A DNA stretch of 64,000 nt from an uncultured Flavobacteriales bacterium (GCA_943788855.1 CALSRW010000001.1:713529-777528), one strand, 5' to 3'. Positions 30,068-39,873 are shown, counted from the first letter of the stretch. Notes: a model not told the origin generated them from the letters alone. Numbers and translations: made by a program.

Positions 30068-31192
30068 TTGTCGGGGATTTACATTCACATTCCTTTTTGT
30101 GCAAAAAGGTGCACTTATTGTGATTTTCACTTTTCCACGACGTTTTCTAGCTACAGAGAAAGAATGATTCTTTCTTTGAAAGAGGAAATTATTTTAAGGA
30201 AAAACGAAATTAAAACCCCCATCCAAAGTGTCTATTTTGGCGGAGGAACACCTAGTATTTTATATGAAGAAGAATTGGCTTCTCTATTAGATGCTGTTCA
30301 TAAACATTATGCGGTTGACGAGAAAACAGAGGTAACTCTTGAGGCAAACCCAGAGAACATTAATAAAAACAGTGTCTTGGCCTGGAAGGGTCTTGGTATA
30401 AATCGTTTAAGTATCGGTCTTCAGTCCTTTAAAAACGACGATTTAAAATGGATGAATAGAGGGCACAATAATACACAAAACTCGGCCTGTGTTAAAACCG
30501 TTTATGACGCGGGTTTTAACAATGTTTCTGTAGATCTTATTTATGGGCTTCCTGGTTTAAGAAATTCTGAATGGGAAGGTTTTCTTAAAAAAGTTGTGCG
30601 TTTGGGGGTTGAACACATCTCAGCTTATTGCCTGACAATTGAAGATAAAACCAAATTAAAACACGATGTTGAAAACAAAACCATTAAACCTTTATCTGAA
30701 AGGAAACAAATCGAACAGTTCGAGTTTTTATGCTCGTTTTTAAAACAAAGCGGTTATGAGCATTATGAGGTTTCAAACTTTGCTCTAAACAAAAATTATT
30801 CTAAGCACAATCGTTCATACTGGGACAGAAAAGAATATATAGGTGTTGGTCCATCTGCCCATTCTTATAGCGGAAAGGGAAGAAGGTGGAACGTGTCTAA
30901 CAACCACACCTATATGGCGAGAGGTACAAAGACAAAACACTGGTATAATCAAGAGGATTTATCTACATACTCTGTTTGGAATGAGTTGTTTTTAACTGGG
31001 CTCCGAACAAAATGGGGCGTGTTAAAAAAAGACATTGCGAGTCTTGGTGGTTTTACGAGTAATGAACAAGAAGAAATAAAACGAATGATTGATAAAGGAG
31101 ACCTTATCGATTCAGCTAAAGCTTATGTTTTAAGTGAAAAAGGTTTACTTTTTGCAGACGCTATAAGTGAACATTTTTTTAGAGTGTCATAA
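30068..31192 (+). CDS. hemW: Radical SAM heme chaperone HemW (HemN-like)
   Basis: IYIHIPFCAKRCTYCDF radical-SAM cluster motif, then YFGGGTPS. TTG start as given in the track. Confidence 0.8.
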   Translation: MSGIYIHIPFCAKRCTYCDFHFSTTFSSYRERMILSLKEEIILRKNEIKTPIQSVYFGGGTPSILYEEELASLLDAVHKHYAVDEKTEVTLEANPENINKNSVLAWKGLGINRLSIGLQSFKNDDLKWMNRGHNNTQNSACVKTVYDAGFNNVSVDLIYGLPGLRNSEWEGFLKKVVRLGVEHISAYCLTIEDKTKLKHDVENKTIKPLSERKQIEQFEFLCSFLKQSGYEHYEVSNFALNKNYSKHNRSYWDRKEYIGVGPSAHSYSGKGRRWNVSNNHTYMARGTKTKHWYNQEDLSTYSVWNELFLTGLRTKWGVLKKDIASLGGFTSNEQEEIKRMIDKGDLIDSAKAYVLSEKGLLFADAISEHFFRVS

Positions 31193-31801
31193 GATAAAAG
31201 ATCCCTGTATTCTTCTTTGTTTTTCTAACGGGTCTTTATAAACTACCTCTATGTTTATGTTTGTCCCAAGGCTTAAAGCCTTCATAAAGCTAATCGCTTG
31301 CGGCGTTATTTTGCTGCTTTTTATTATTAAGGCCTTTTTATTAGCTATAATGGTATACTCCGTTATTAAAAAGTTAGTTTTTGGGAATGGGGTCAACAAT
31401 CCTATTTTTATATCAAGGTTTTCTGTATTTATTTTTTCACCTGAAATGCTTGTTCCAATAAAAATAGTTGTTTTTGGAAGAGGTTTTATAATGAAGCTAA
31501 ACTTGTCAATAAATACTTTTTCAGTAAATCCATCAGGGTGCTCTAGGTACTCCGCTATATTTAATTTGCCTTGATCTCTAGAAACGGAATCTAAAACCTC
31601 CACATAATATTTGTTCTCATTATTTGATGGCGTTATTTTCACAGAACCATCAAAACATAAAGGGGTTCCTTTTTCACAATTATAAATATTTGTGAATCCT
31701 TTAAAAAAAACTTTTACGGAATCATTATTGAATAAGTGTTGGCCTATTACAATATTTTGGGAAACTAACGCAAAACAAAACAACAACCTCATCATAAGCA
31801 A
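31187..31801 (-). CDS. Hypothetical secreted protein
   Basis: Hydrophobic leader MLMMRLLFCFALVSQ. It overlaps the rpiB stop by 10 nt, suggesting the same operon. No family recognised. Confidence 0.4.
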   Translation of the reverse strand: MLMMRLLFCFALVSQNIVIGQHLFNNDSVKVFFKGFTNIYNCEKGTPLCFDGSVKITPSNNENKYYVEVLDSVSRDQGKLNIAEYLEHPDGFTEKVFIDKFSFIIKPLPKTTIFIGTSISGEKINTENLDIKIGLLTPFPKTNFLITEYTIIANKKALIIKSSKITPQAISFMKALSLGTNINIEVVYKDPLEKQRRIQGSFIL

Positions 31802-32226
31802 GCTATTTTGTTTACCCTTCTTTCGTGTCTACCTCCTTCAAATTCTGTCGTAAAAAAAGCGTCTGCTATTTGAAGTCCCATGTCTACACTAATGAACCTC
31901 GCGGGAAGAGACAATATATTGGCATTATTGTGTTGTCTGGCTAGTACTGCTATTTCCTCTGTCCAACAAATAGCAGATCTTATTCCTTGATGTTTATTCG
32001 CAGACATACTTATTCCGTTTCCAGAGCCGCAAATTAACACTCCTAGTGTTTTATTTTGTTCAACATATTCTGAAACAGGATGTGCGTAATCTGGGTAATC
32101 TATACTTTCTTCAGAAGGACAACCAAAATCTATGGGTTCCCATCCTTGTTTTTGTAAATAGTCAATAAGAGCGTTTTTTAATTGAAACCCTGCATGGTCG
32201 CAACCGATAGCTATTTTTTTATTCAT
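31792..32226 (-). CDS. rpiB: Ribose-5-phosphate isomerase B
   Basis: IAIGCDHAGFQLK, ICGSGNGISMSANK and RHNNANILSLPARF are the canonical RpiB/LacAB motifs. Confidence 0.9.
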   Translation of the reverse strand: MNKKIAIGCDHAGFQLKNALIDYLQKQGWEPIDFGCPSEESIDYPDYAHPVSEYVEQNKTLGVLICGSGNGISMSANKHQGIRSAICWTEEIAVLARQHNNANILSLPARFISVDMGLQIADAFFTTEFEGGRHERRVNKIACL

Positions 32227-32635
32227 GAGTGTTTGCTGTTTTAAAAGTTAATAATTTGTTGATAACTATAAACATCTTTTTTTGGTTAATCTAATCATTC
32301 TTTGTGTTATATAATATTTTATTAAAACCTATTTTTTTACCCTTTTCTTATTTTTGTTTTTCCTTATGTTATCCACAAAAACATTATTAACAATTGCTTT
32401 TATTTATAAACAAGTATATTTATTTAGAATGGTTTAATTTTTGTTAATTACCCTTTAACCAGTCTGTTAATTAGTGTTATAATGTTAATTACTTTGCTTC
32501 TAATGTTTAATACTTATAAATTTATATATGCTTGTTTTTTTATAAACATATTAACAGCCTTAATAATAGTATTAAATTTATTTATTTAATATATATAATA
32601 ATATATAATGATGTTAATTTGTTAATATCTATAGA
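32227..32635. other. Extremely AT-rich divergent intergenic region (candidate oriC or complex regulatory region)
   Basis: Hand count gives 9/60 and 7/60 G+C in the lines starting at 32521 and 32581. The region contains a perfect DnaA box, one 1-mismatch box and repeated TGTTAAT motifs. It is flanked by divergently transcribed genes. Confidence 0.35.
32369..32377 (+). promoter_or_regulatory. Perfect DnaA-box 9-mer TTATCCACA
   Basis: Read directly in ..tccttatgTTATCCACAaaaac... A second box with one mismatch (TTATCAACA on the minus strand) lies at 32257-32265. Confidence 0.5.
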
Positions 32636-35600
32636 ATGACGCAAATTCAAGATGTATTAAATCAGCTGGATATTTTTACAAAAAAATATTACAAAAATCA
32701 ATTGATCAAAGGAGGTCTTTTATTGATTGGTGTTTTTATTTTTTCTCTTTGCTTAATTTCTGGATTAGAATATTTCGGTAAATTTAATAAGCTTATTCGT
32801 TTTTCGTTACTGTTTTCTTTTATTGTAGTAAACGGTTATATTGTTTTAAATTTTTGTGTTTTACCATTACTTAAATTAGTCAAGTTAAGAAAAGGTATTT
32901 CTTCTATTGATGCTTCTCGTATAATAGGATCGTTTTTTCCTGATGTAGCAGATAAATTAACTAACCTTCTGCAATTGAATAATGAATTACATCAAAGTAA
33001 TTCTTCTAATTATATTTTAGTTGAGGCCAGTATTATTCAGAAAATAAAAGAAATTAATGTTTTTAGTTTTAATCAAGCCATAGATTACTCTAAAACAAAA
33101 AAATATCTAAAATTGATATTACCCGTCTTGTTTTTATTTACTTTTCTAATAATATATACTCCAAATCTATTTACTCAAGGTTCTTTAAGAATTATTAAAT
33201 TTTCAGAAGAGTTTATAGAAAAATCCCCTTTTTCATTTCATTTACAGAATACAGATTTAACCATTAATGAAGGTGATGATCTTAATGTTTTTTTAGAATT
33301 AAAAGGTTCTAAATTTCCTAAAAACATGTATATCAATTCAGCAAACGGTTCTTTTTTAATGAAAAGAAGTGCTGTGAATAGTTTTGAATCAAAAATTAAA
33401 AAACCAAAAAATGGTAGTGTTTTTTGGTTTTCAAATGAAAAATATACCAGTAAGAAATATCATATAAAAGTATTAGGTAAAAGTATTTTAGGCAAACTTG
33501 ATGCAGACATTGCATATCCTAATTACATAGGAATAAATAAAAAACATATTTCTAATGCAACAGACCTGACTATTCCTGAAGGAAGTGTTGTTGCTTGGAA
33601 AGGGTTAACTAAGAATACTGAAAAAATTGATATCACCCTAGATTCAAATAATTACGTATTTAATTCTCAAGGTTTTGTTTTTGAAAATAAAATAAAAAAA
33701 ACGAGTCTTTTAAAATTGATTCTAACAAATAAACACACCAAAAAAAGAGATAGTATTTCATATACTATTTCTGTAATTAAAGATGAATATCCATCAATAA
33801 GTGTGAATGAGATTGTGGATAGTGCTAATAATTCAATTAAATACTTTAAAGGCTCTGTAACTGATGATTATGGATTAAAAAAATTAAACTTTCATTATGA
33901 AATAAAATCACTAAATAATACGGTAAATAAAAAAGTATTAAACGTTAGAAAAGTTAAAGGAACTAAAAACAGTTTTGAATTTTCTGTAGATTTTAGTAGA
34001 GAAGAAATAAACTTAAATGATGAAATAAATTACTTTTTTACTATTTCTGATAATGACGCGATTAATGGCAGTAAAACATCAAAGAGCAATCTGTTTTTTT
34101 ATAAACTACCAAACCTAAAAGAAATTAACAAAACCAGAGATAAAGAGCAAGAGTCTGTAAAAGAAGATCTAAAGAATATAATGAATCAGACCAAACAGTT
34201 TCAAAAAGAACTTGAACAATTAAATAAGAAAATTAAAAATAATGATAATCAGAAATGGAATAATTTAAATGAATTAAACAGTTTAAAACAAAAACAAAAA
34301 GAACTTATTGATAAACTAAAAGAAGTACAGAAAAAAATAGAAGAGAGTTCTGATAAGAAAAATAAATTATCAGAAATAGACAAAGATTTATTAGAAAAAC
34401 AAAAGAAAATAGAGGAGTTACTTAACGAGGTAATGGATGAGGAATTAAAAAAACTTTTAGAAGAACTTGAAGAATTGTTAAAATCAAACGATAAAGAAGA
34501 GATCAATAAAAATATGGAGGAATTAAAAGAATCTTCTGAGGACATGAAAAACCAACTAGACAGGTCTCTAGAAATGCTTAAAAAACTTCAAATAAATGAG
34601 AAAATAGATGATGTGGAAAAAGAGCTTCAAGAGTTGTCTGATAAACAAGAGGAGTTAGCAAAACAAAAACAAAAAAACATTGAAGAGCAAAAGAAAATAA
34701 GTGAAGATTTTAATAAAATAGAAGAAAAGATAAAAGAGATACAAAAACTAAACAAAGAACTTCAGAGCCCTATGAAACTGGAGAATACTTTAAACGATCA
34801 AGAATCGATCGATAAAGAACTAAATCAAGCCGAAGAAGAAATAGAAAAAAACAAGCAAAAAAAATCATCAGAAAGCCAAAAAAATGCTGCAGAGAAAATG
34901 GATGACCTGGCGCAAAAATTAAACTCAATGCAAAATTCTTCCAACCAACAACAACAAGAAGAGGACATGGAATCTCTTCGCAATATATTAGAGTCACTGG
35001 TTTTATTGAGTTTAAACCAAGAGTCATTAATGGATAAGTTTATTAAAGTGAGATCAAACGATCCTGCATTTCGAAAATATGGAAGAGAACAAAGAAGGAT
35101 AAATGACGATACTAAAATAGTAAGGGATAGTTTAATGTCTTTAGCAAAGAGACAAGTTGTTTTAGCGACCTTTATTGATGCCGAGCTAAGCTCTATATCA
35201 TTTAATCAAAAAAAAGCGTTAGAAGCGGTAGGAGATAGAAATAAAAGCAATGTGGGTTTAAATCAACAGATGGTTATGACATCATATAATAATCTTGCAT
35301 TATTATTAAATGAAGTATTACAACAGATGCAATCACAAATGCAGTCTCAAATGGAAGGTGGGGGATCCTGTAATAAACCAGGAGGAAAAGGTCGACCAAA
35401 AGCAGGACCAAAAATGAACACTGGTGACATGAAGGAAATGTTAAAGAACCAGCTTGAGCAGTTGAAAAAGGGAGTTAAAGAGGGTGGTAAAAAACCAGGA
35501 GGAAACTCTCCAGGAAAAGGAGAGAAAAATCAAGGACAAATGGGTAGTGAAGGAATGGCGAAAATGGCAGCAGAACAATCAGCTATTCGTCAGAGGTTAG

Positions 35601-35962
35601 AACAGTTAAGAAACGAATTGAATAAAAAAGGGAAGGGAGAAGGTAACCAGTTAAGCCCACTCATTGAAGAATTAAAAGAACAACAAAAAAACATTATAAA
35701 TAAAAATATTAGTAAGGAAACAATTAACAGGCAAAATGGTATTTTAACGAGACTTTTAGAAAGTGAAAAAGCCTTATTAGAAAGGGGTTTTGATGAAAAA
35801 AGAGAATCAGAATCTGGAAAAAACGAAGAAAAGGGAAACAAAATAATATTTGAGGAGTATACTAAACAGAAATTAAAACAAATCGAATTATTACGTTACG
35901 CGGAACCTTTATTTAAAAAGTATTATAAAGAAAAAGCAAACGAATATTTTGATAATAATTAA
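32636..35962 (+). CDS. Large membrane-anchored coiled-coil protein (possibly DUF4175 family)
   Basis: Three N-terminal hydrophobic segments, a beta-rich middle, a ~300-aa K/E/N coiled-coil and a G/K/P-rich stretch (GGKGRPKAGPK...GGKKPGGNSPGKGEKNQG). The family name is from memory and unverified. Confidence 0.5.
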   Translation: MTQIQDVLNQLDIFTKKYYKNQLIKGGLLLIGVFIFSLCLISGLEYFGKFNKLIRFSLLFSFIVVNGYIVLNFCVLPLLKLVKLRKGISSIDASRIIGSFFPDVADKLTNLLQLNNELHQSNSSNYILVEASIIQKIKEINVFSFNQAIDYSKTKKYLKLILPVLFLFTFLIIYTPNLFTQGSLRIIKFSEEFIEKSPFSFHLQNTDLTINEGDDLNVFLELKGSKFPKNMYINSANGSFLMKRSAVNSFESKIKKPKNGSVFWFSNEKYTSKKYHIKVLGKSILGKLDADIAYPNYIGINKKHISNATDLTIPEGSVVAWKGLTKNTEKIDITLDSNNYVFNSQGFVFENKIKKTSLLKLILTNKHTKKRDSISYTISVIKDEYPSISVNEIVDSANNSIKYFKGSVTDDYGLKKLNFHYEIKSLNNTVNKKVLNVRKVKGTKNSFEFSVDFSREEINLNDEINYFFTISDNDAINGSKTSKSNLFFYKLPNLKEINKTRDKEQESVKEDLKNIMNQTKQFQKELEQLNKKIKNNDNQKWNNLNELNSLKQKQKELIDKLKEVQKKIEESSDKKNKLSEIDKDLLEKQKKIEELLNEVMDEELKKLLEELEELLKSNDKEEINKNMEELKESSEDMKNQLDRSLEMLKKLQINEKIDDVEKELQELSDKQEELAKQKQKNIEEQKKISEDFNKIEEKIKEIQKLNKELQSPMKLENTLNDQESIDKELNQAEEEIEKNKQKKSSESQKNAAEKMDDLAQKLNSMQNSSNQQQQEEDMESLRNILESLVLLSLNQESLMDKFIKVRSNDPAFRKYGREQRRINDDTKIVRDSLMSLAKRQVVLATFIDAELSSISFNQKKALEAVGDRNKSNVGLNQQMVMTSYNNLALLLNEVLQQMQSQMQSQMEGGGSCNKPGGKGRPKAGPKMNTGDMKEMLKNQLEQLKKGVKEGGKKPGGNSPGKGEKNQGQMGSEGMAKMAAEQSAIRQRLEQLRNELNKKGKGEGNQLSPLIEELKEQQKNIINKNISKETINRQNGILTRLLESEKALLERGFDEKRESESGKNEEKGNKIIFEEYTKQKLKQIELLRYAEPLFKKYYKEKANEYFDNN

Positions 35963-35977
35963 GTTTTTTCGATTACT

Positions 35978-36391
35978 ATGAATCAAGATTATAAAATTAT
36001 AGAATCATTAAAATTGGCTTCTGATGTTCAATCAATAGCTTCGGTAGAAAAACTAATAGACAAAGTTTGTTCGAAGATTGGTGTAAATGAAGAATCATAC
36101 GGAAACGTTTTAATAGCTGTTACTGAGGCTGTTAATAATGCTATTCAACACGGAAATAAAGAAGACACAAATCTAAAAATAGATGTTTCTGTTCTTGATG
36201 GTACCCACAATATTTGTTTTTCCGTAAGAGATGAGGGACCAGGGTTTGATTTTAACAATTTACCAGACCCAACTTCGCCAGACAATATTTTAAAAGAGAA
36301 CGGAAGAGGTATTTTTTTAATGAAAAACCTAGCAGATAAGGTTGAATTTACAGGAGAAGGAAACGAGGTTAGTTTATTTTTTAGTAAATGA
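35978..36391 (+). CDS. RsbW/SpoIIAB-like anti-sigma serine kinase (HATPase_c_2) protein
   Basis: N-box EAVNNAIQHGN, then DEGPGFD and GRGIFLMK. The ~137-aa size is typical. Confidence 0.65.
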   Translation: MNQDYKIIESLKLASDVQSIASVEKLIDKVCSKIGVNEESYGNVLIAVTEAVNNAIQHGNKEDTNLKIDVSVLDGTHNICFSVRDEGPGFDFNNLPDPTSPDNILKENGRGIFLMKNLADKVEFTGEGNEVSLFFSK

Positions 36392-36807
36392 TTAATTTTT
36401 TTTACGAAGACTGTATTCCTTTAAACAAAAACAACGAAGAAAGCCTTAAAAAAACAGTTCAACTATTTGATAAAGAAGGGTTTACCTGTGGAGACATAAG
36501 TGTTGTTTTTTGCTCTGACACCTATCTTTTATCTTTAAATAAAAAGTATTTGAATCACGACTATTTTACTGATATTATTACATTTCCTTATAATGAAGGC
36601 GAATTAATTAACGGCGATCTGTTTGTAAGCCTGGATCGGGCTAAAGAAAATGCAATAGATAATAACGAAGCCTTCTCTAGAGAAATATCTAGGCTGGTTA
36701 TTCATGGCTGTCTTCATTTGTGTGGATTTAATGATAAATCACGTGAAGAAATTACGGTAATGAGATTAAAAGAGGAAGAATACCTTAAATTATTTGGTTT
36801 CACGTGA
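36388..36807 (+). CDS. ybeY: rRNA maturation endoribonuclease YbeY
   Basis: HGCLHLCGFND zinc motif and an ATGA overlap with the upstream gene. Confidence 0.85.
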   Translation: MINFFYEDCIPLNKNNEESLKKTVQLFDKEGFTCGDISVVFCSDTYLLSLNKKYLNHDYFTDIITFPYNEGELINGDLFVSLDRAKENAIDNNEAFSREISRLVIHGCLHLCGFNDKSREEITVMRLKEEEYLKLFGFT

Positions 36808-36810
36808 AAC
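36797..36810. repeat. Perfect 14-bp palindrome GTTTCACGTGAAAC spanning the ybeY stop codon
   Basis: Read directly. It is the first of two near-identical copies 48 bp apart. Confidence 0.9.
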
Positions 36811-36837
36811 AATTTCGATTAATAGTTCTTTTTGGCG

Positions 36838-36845
36838 TAATTTTG
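36838..36845 (+). promoter_or_regulatory. Candidate Bacteroidota -7 promoter box (TAnnTTTG) for mnmG
   Basis: TAATTTTG lies 20 nt upstream of the mnmG ATG. A weak -33-like TTCG sits about 20 nt further upstream. Confidence 0.35.
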
Positions 36846-36858
36846 TTTCACGTGAAAA
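36845..36858. repeat. Second copy GTTTCACGTGAAAA, just upstream of the mnmG ATG
   Basis: Read directly. It matches the first palindrome at 13 of 14 positions and is followed by an A-run and the ATG at 36865. Confidence 0.9.
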
Positions 36859-36864
36859 AAAAAC

Positions 36865-38736
36865 ATGCTTAATCAATACGATATAATAGTTGTGGGTGCT
36901 GGTCATGCGGGTTGTGAAGCGGCATATTGTTCTGCAAAAATGGGCAACAAGGTGTTATTGCTTACAATGAATATGAACACGATTGCTCAAATGAGCTGTA
37001 ATCCAGCAATGGGCGGTGTTGCAAAAGGTCAAATTGTCCGAGAAATTGATGCGTTAGGAGGTGGAACAGGAATAATAAGCGATAAAAGCGCAATTCAGTT
37101 TAGAATGCTGAATAAGTCTAAAGGGCCGGCAATGTGGTCACCAAGAACTCAAAATGATAGGCAGGTTTTTTCTAATGAATGGAGGCTTCTTTTAGAGAAA
37201 ACAGAAAACATAGATTTTTGGCAGGATATGTGCTCAGGCGTTATTGTAGAAGATAAACAGGTAAAAGGTGTTACTACAGCACTTGGTATTGATATTTTCT
37301 CAAAAACGGTAATATTAACAAACGGCACGTTTTTAAATGGATTAATACATTTAGGAGAAAAGAAATTTGGAGGAGGGCGAGCAGCAGAAAGGCCGTCTAC
37401 GGGAATAACAGAACAACTTGTTTCATTGGGATTTCAATCAGGAAGAATGAAAACAGGAACTCCACCAAGAGTCGATGGGAGAACTCTTGATTACTCAAAA
37501 ATGGAGGAACAAAAGGGAGACGAACCAGCATCAAAATTCAGTTTCACAAACACAAAGGCACTTGTGAAACAAAGGTCCTGTTTCATAACATATACAAATA
37601 AAGAGACGCATGAGGTGTTAAAAACAGGGTTTGATCGATCACCAATGTTTAATGGTGCAATTCAAGGTTCAGGACCACGGTACTGTCCAAGTATTGAGGA
37701 TAAAATAAATAGGTTTGCCGATCGTGACCGCCACCAGATATTCGTAGAGCCAGAAGGGTGGGACACCGTAGAGATTTATGTAAACGGTTTTAGTACATCT
37801 TTACCAGAAGATATTCAGTTAAAGGCAATGAGAACAATACCTGGTTTTGAAAAAGCCAAAATGTTTAGGCCGGGTTATGCTATAGAGTATGATTATTTTC
37901 AACCAACACAGCTTCATAAATCCTTAGAAACAAAAAATATAAGCAACTTATATTTTGCGGGACAAATAAACGGAACAACGGGCTACGAAGAAGCGGCTTG
38001 TCAAGGACTAATTGCTGGTGTAAATGCAAGCAACAAAATAAACAACAAACCACCATTTATATTAACCCGAAGCGAGGCATATATTGGAGTATTAATAGAC
38101 GATTTAATAACGAAAGGAACAGAGGAACCATATAGGATGTTTACAAGTAGAGCAGAGTATAGAATTCTTTTAAGACAAGATAATGCAGATATTCGTTTAA
38201 CGCCTTTAGGTTATAAAATAGGCTTGGCAGAACAGGATGCTTTTGATAAAACTCAAAAGAAAATTAAGGCAACACAAGTTTTGATCGGTGACTTAAAAAA
38301 AATAGGGATAACTCCAAAGGATGTAAATCCTTTTCTTGAAAGCAAAGGGTCTTCTCCAATTTCACAACAAGTTAAATTGTCCTCAATTATAACAAGGCCA
38401 AATGTTTATTTGAAAGAACTTATAGAGGTTTCTCCGTTAGCAAAGAAGAAGTCTCTTATTGCTGAAAGCCATCATTGCGATGTGGTTTCCCAAACAGAAA
38501 TTCAAATGAAATACGAGGGTTATATTGAAAGAGAGCAAGAGCAAGCTGAGAAAATGTTGCGCCTAGAAAACGTTAGTATTCCGACGAATATGACCTATAA
38601 TGAATTGAATAGCTTAAGTTCCGAGGCAAAAGAAAAGCTTTCAGAAATAAAACCAACAACAATTGGACAAGCCTCTAGAGTTTCAGGAGTAACACCTAGT
38701 GATATTTCTGTTTTACTTGTTTATTTGGGGAGATAG
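36865..38736 (+). CDS. mnmG: tRNA uridine-5-carboxymethylaminomethyl(34) synthesis enzyme MnmG (GidA)
   Basis: [19 protein letters not shown] motif, [11 protein letters not shown] and [16 protein letters not shown], with full-length similarity. Confidence 0.95.
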   Translation: MLNQYDIIVVGAGHAGCEAAYCSAKMGNKVLLLTMNMNTIAQMSCNPAMGGVAKGQIVREIDALGGGTGIISDKSAIQFRMLNKSKGPAMWSPRTQNDRQVFSNEWRLLLEKTENIDFWQDMCSGVIVEDKQVKGVTTALGIDIFSKTVILTNGTFLNGLIHLGEKKFGGGRAAERPSTGITEQLVSLGFQSGRMKTGTPPRVDGRTLDYSKMEEQKGDEPASKFSFTNTKALVKQRSCFITYTNKETHEVLKTGFDRSPMFNGAIQGSGPRYCPSIEDKINRFADRDRHQIFVEPEGWDTVEIYVNGFSTSLPEDIQLKAMRTIPGFEKAKMFRPGYAIEYDYFQPTQLHKSLETKNISNLYFAGQINGTTGYEEAACQGLIAGVNASNKINNKPPFILTRSEAYIGVLIDDLITKGTEEPYRMFTSRAEYRILLRQDNADIRLTPLGYKIGLAEQDAFDKTQKKIKATQVLIGDLKKIGITPKDVNPFLESKGSSPISQQVKLSSIITRPNVYLKELIEVSPLAKKKSLIAESHHCDVVSQTEIQMKYEGYIEREQEQAEKMLRLENVSIPTNMTYNELNSLSSEAKEKLSEIKPTTIGQASRVSGVTPSDISVLLVYLGR

Positions 38737-38890
38737 TCTTTTTAAGAGTCTTTAATAAGCGATTAAAAGCATTCGAGCGCATGTTGTTCTAAAAACAAAG
38801 AAAAGCCCTTAAAACAAAAATATAAGCGTCTTTTTTTATGTGTTTTTTACCTTTGTTGTTAAAAACAAGGAGATTTTGAAAAAAGACAAA

Positions 38891-39814
38891 ATGAAAAAAG
38901 TATATTTTCTTGACACTGTTCATCCTGTTCTTAAAGAGCGGCTTACTCAAACAAATTATAAATGCATTGACGTAAGCGAAAAGAACATTAAGGAACTGAA
39001 ATTAATAATCTCTGACGCTTACGGAATCGTACTTCGTTCAAGGTTCACATTAAACCATGATTTTTTATCTTTTTGTCCTCAATTGAAGTTTGTTGCTCGA
39101 TCCGGGTCCGGATTGGAGAATATTGATTTAGAATATTGCAGAACAAAACAAATAGACGTTCATAGCTCTCCAGAAGGAAACAGACAAGCCGTGGCAGAAC
39201 ATTGTTTGGGCTTTTTATTAAGCCTATTGAACAGCTTTAAGATGGCCCATAAAGACATAAATAATGGAGAGTGGTTAAGAGAAAAAAACAGAGGTCTTGA
39301 ATTAAGTAGTCAATGTGTGGGTATTATCGGCTACGGAAATAATGGCAGGGCATTCGCTAAGCTTTTGAGCAAGCATAACGTAACTGTTCTTGCTCATGAT
39401 AAATACAAAACAGGTTTTTCAGAAGGAGCAATAAAAGAGTGTTCTTTAGAAGATATTTTCCAGAAAGCAACTATTATTAGTTTTCATGTACCACTAACTT
39501 ATGAAACAGCATACATGGCTGATTATCAGTTTTTTAAGAGGTTTAAAAACCCTGTGCGTGTGATTAATATTTCTCGGGGAAAGGTGTTAAAAACAAAAGA
39601 TCTAATTAAAGCATTAGATGAAGGGTTTGTTTTTGGGGCGGCCCTTGATGTTTTAGATGAGGAGAGTAAAAGCTTTACCGTTGAAACTAAGAACACGGTT
39701 CTTCTGGATTTAAACAAGAGGTCCAACGTAATCATAACTCCTCATGTGGCCGGTTGGACAAAAGAAAGCTACTTTAAATTAAGCAACGTTTTAGCGGATA
39801 AAATAATCAAATAA
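38891..39814 (+). CDS. D-isomer-specific 2-hydroxyacid dehydrogenase family (phosphoglycerate dehydrogenase-like)
   Basis: NAD-binding GIIGYGNNGRAFAKLL and the catalytic region ITPHVAGWT. I chose the internal ATG (MKKVYFLD) over the track start at 38840. Confidence 0.7.
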   Translation: MKKVYFLDTVHPVLKERLTQTNYKCIDVSEKNIKELKLIISDAYGIVLRSRFTLNHDFLSFCPQLKFVARSGSGLENIDLEYCRTKQIDVHSSPEGNRQAVAEHCLGFLLSLLNSFKMAHKDINNGEWLREKNRGLELSSQCVGIIGYGNNGRAFAKLLSKHNVTVLAHDKYKTGFSEGAIKECSLEDIFQKATIISFHVPLTYETAYMADYQFFKRFKNPVRVINISRGKVLKTKDLIKALDEGFVFGAALDVLDEESKSFTVETKNTVLLDLNKRSNVIITPHVAGWTKESYFKLSNVLADKIIK

Positions 39815-39841
39815 AAAAAGCCCTCATCTTGAGGGCTTTTA
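39815..39841. terminator. Bidirectional intrinsic terminator
   Basis: AAAAAAGCCCTCatcttGAGGGCTTTT is a 7-bp GC-rich stem with an A-run on one side and a T-run on the other. It lies between convergent genes. Confidence 0.8.
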
Positions 39842-39873
39842 TCACATGGATAGAAAACAATATTGTAAAGGTC

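Noticed and set aside
34249-34545. A 98-aa Ser/Phe-rich ORF antisense to the coiled-coil gene, and similar antisense ORFs at 34770-35027 and 35590-35841.
   Set aside because: These are mirror images of AAA/GAA-rich K/E codons on the sense strand. They are low-complexity, have no independent start context, and are fully nested in a much better-supported gene.
34100-34900. An apparent DNA tandem repeat in the K/E-rich part of the 1108-aa gene.
   Set aside because: I could find no fixed repeat unit or period. The similarity comes from compositional bias (AAA/GAA/AAT codons), not from true repeats.
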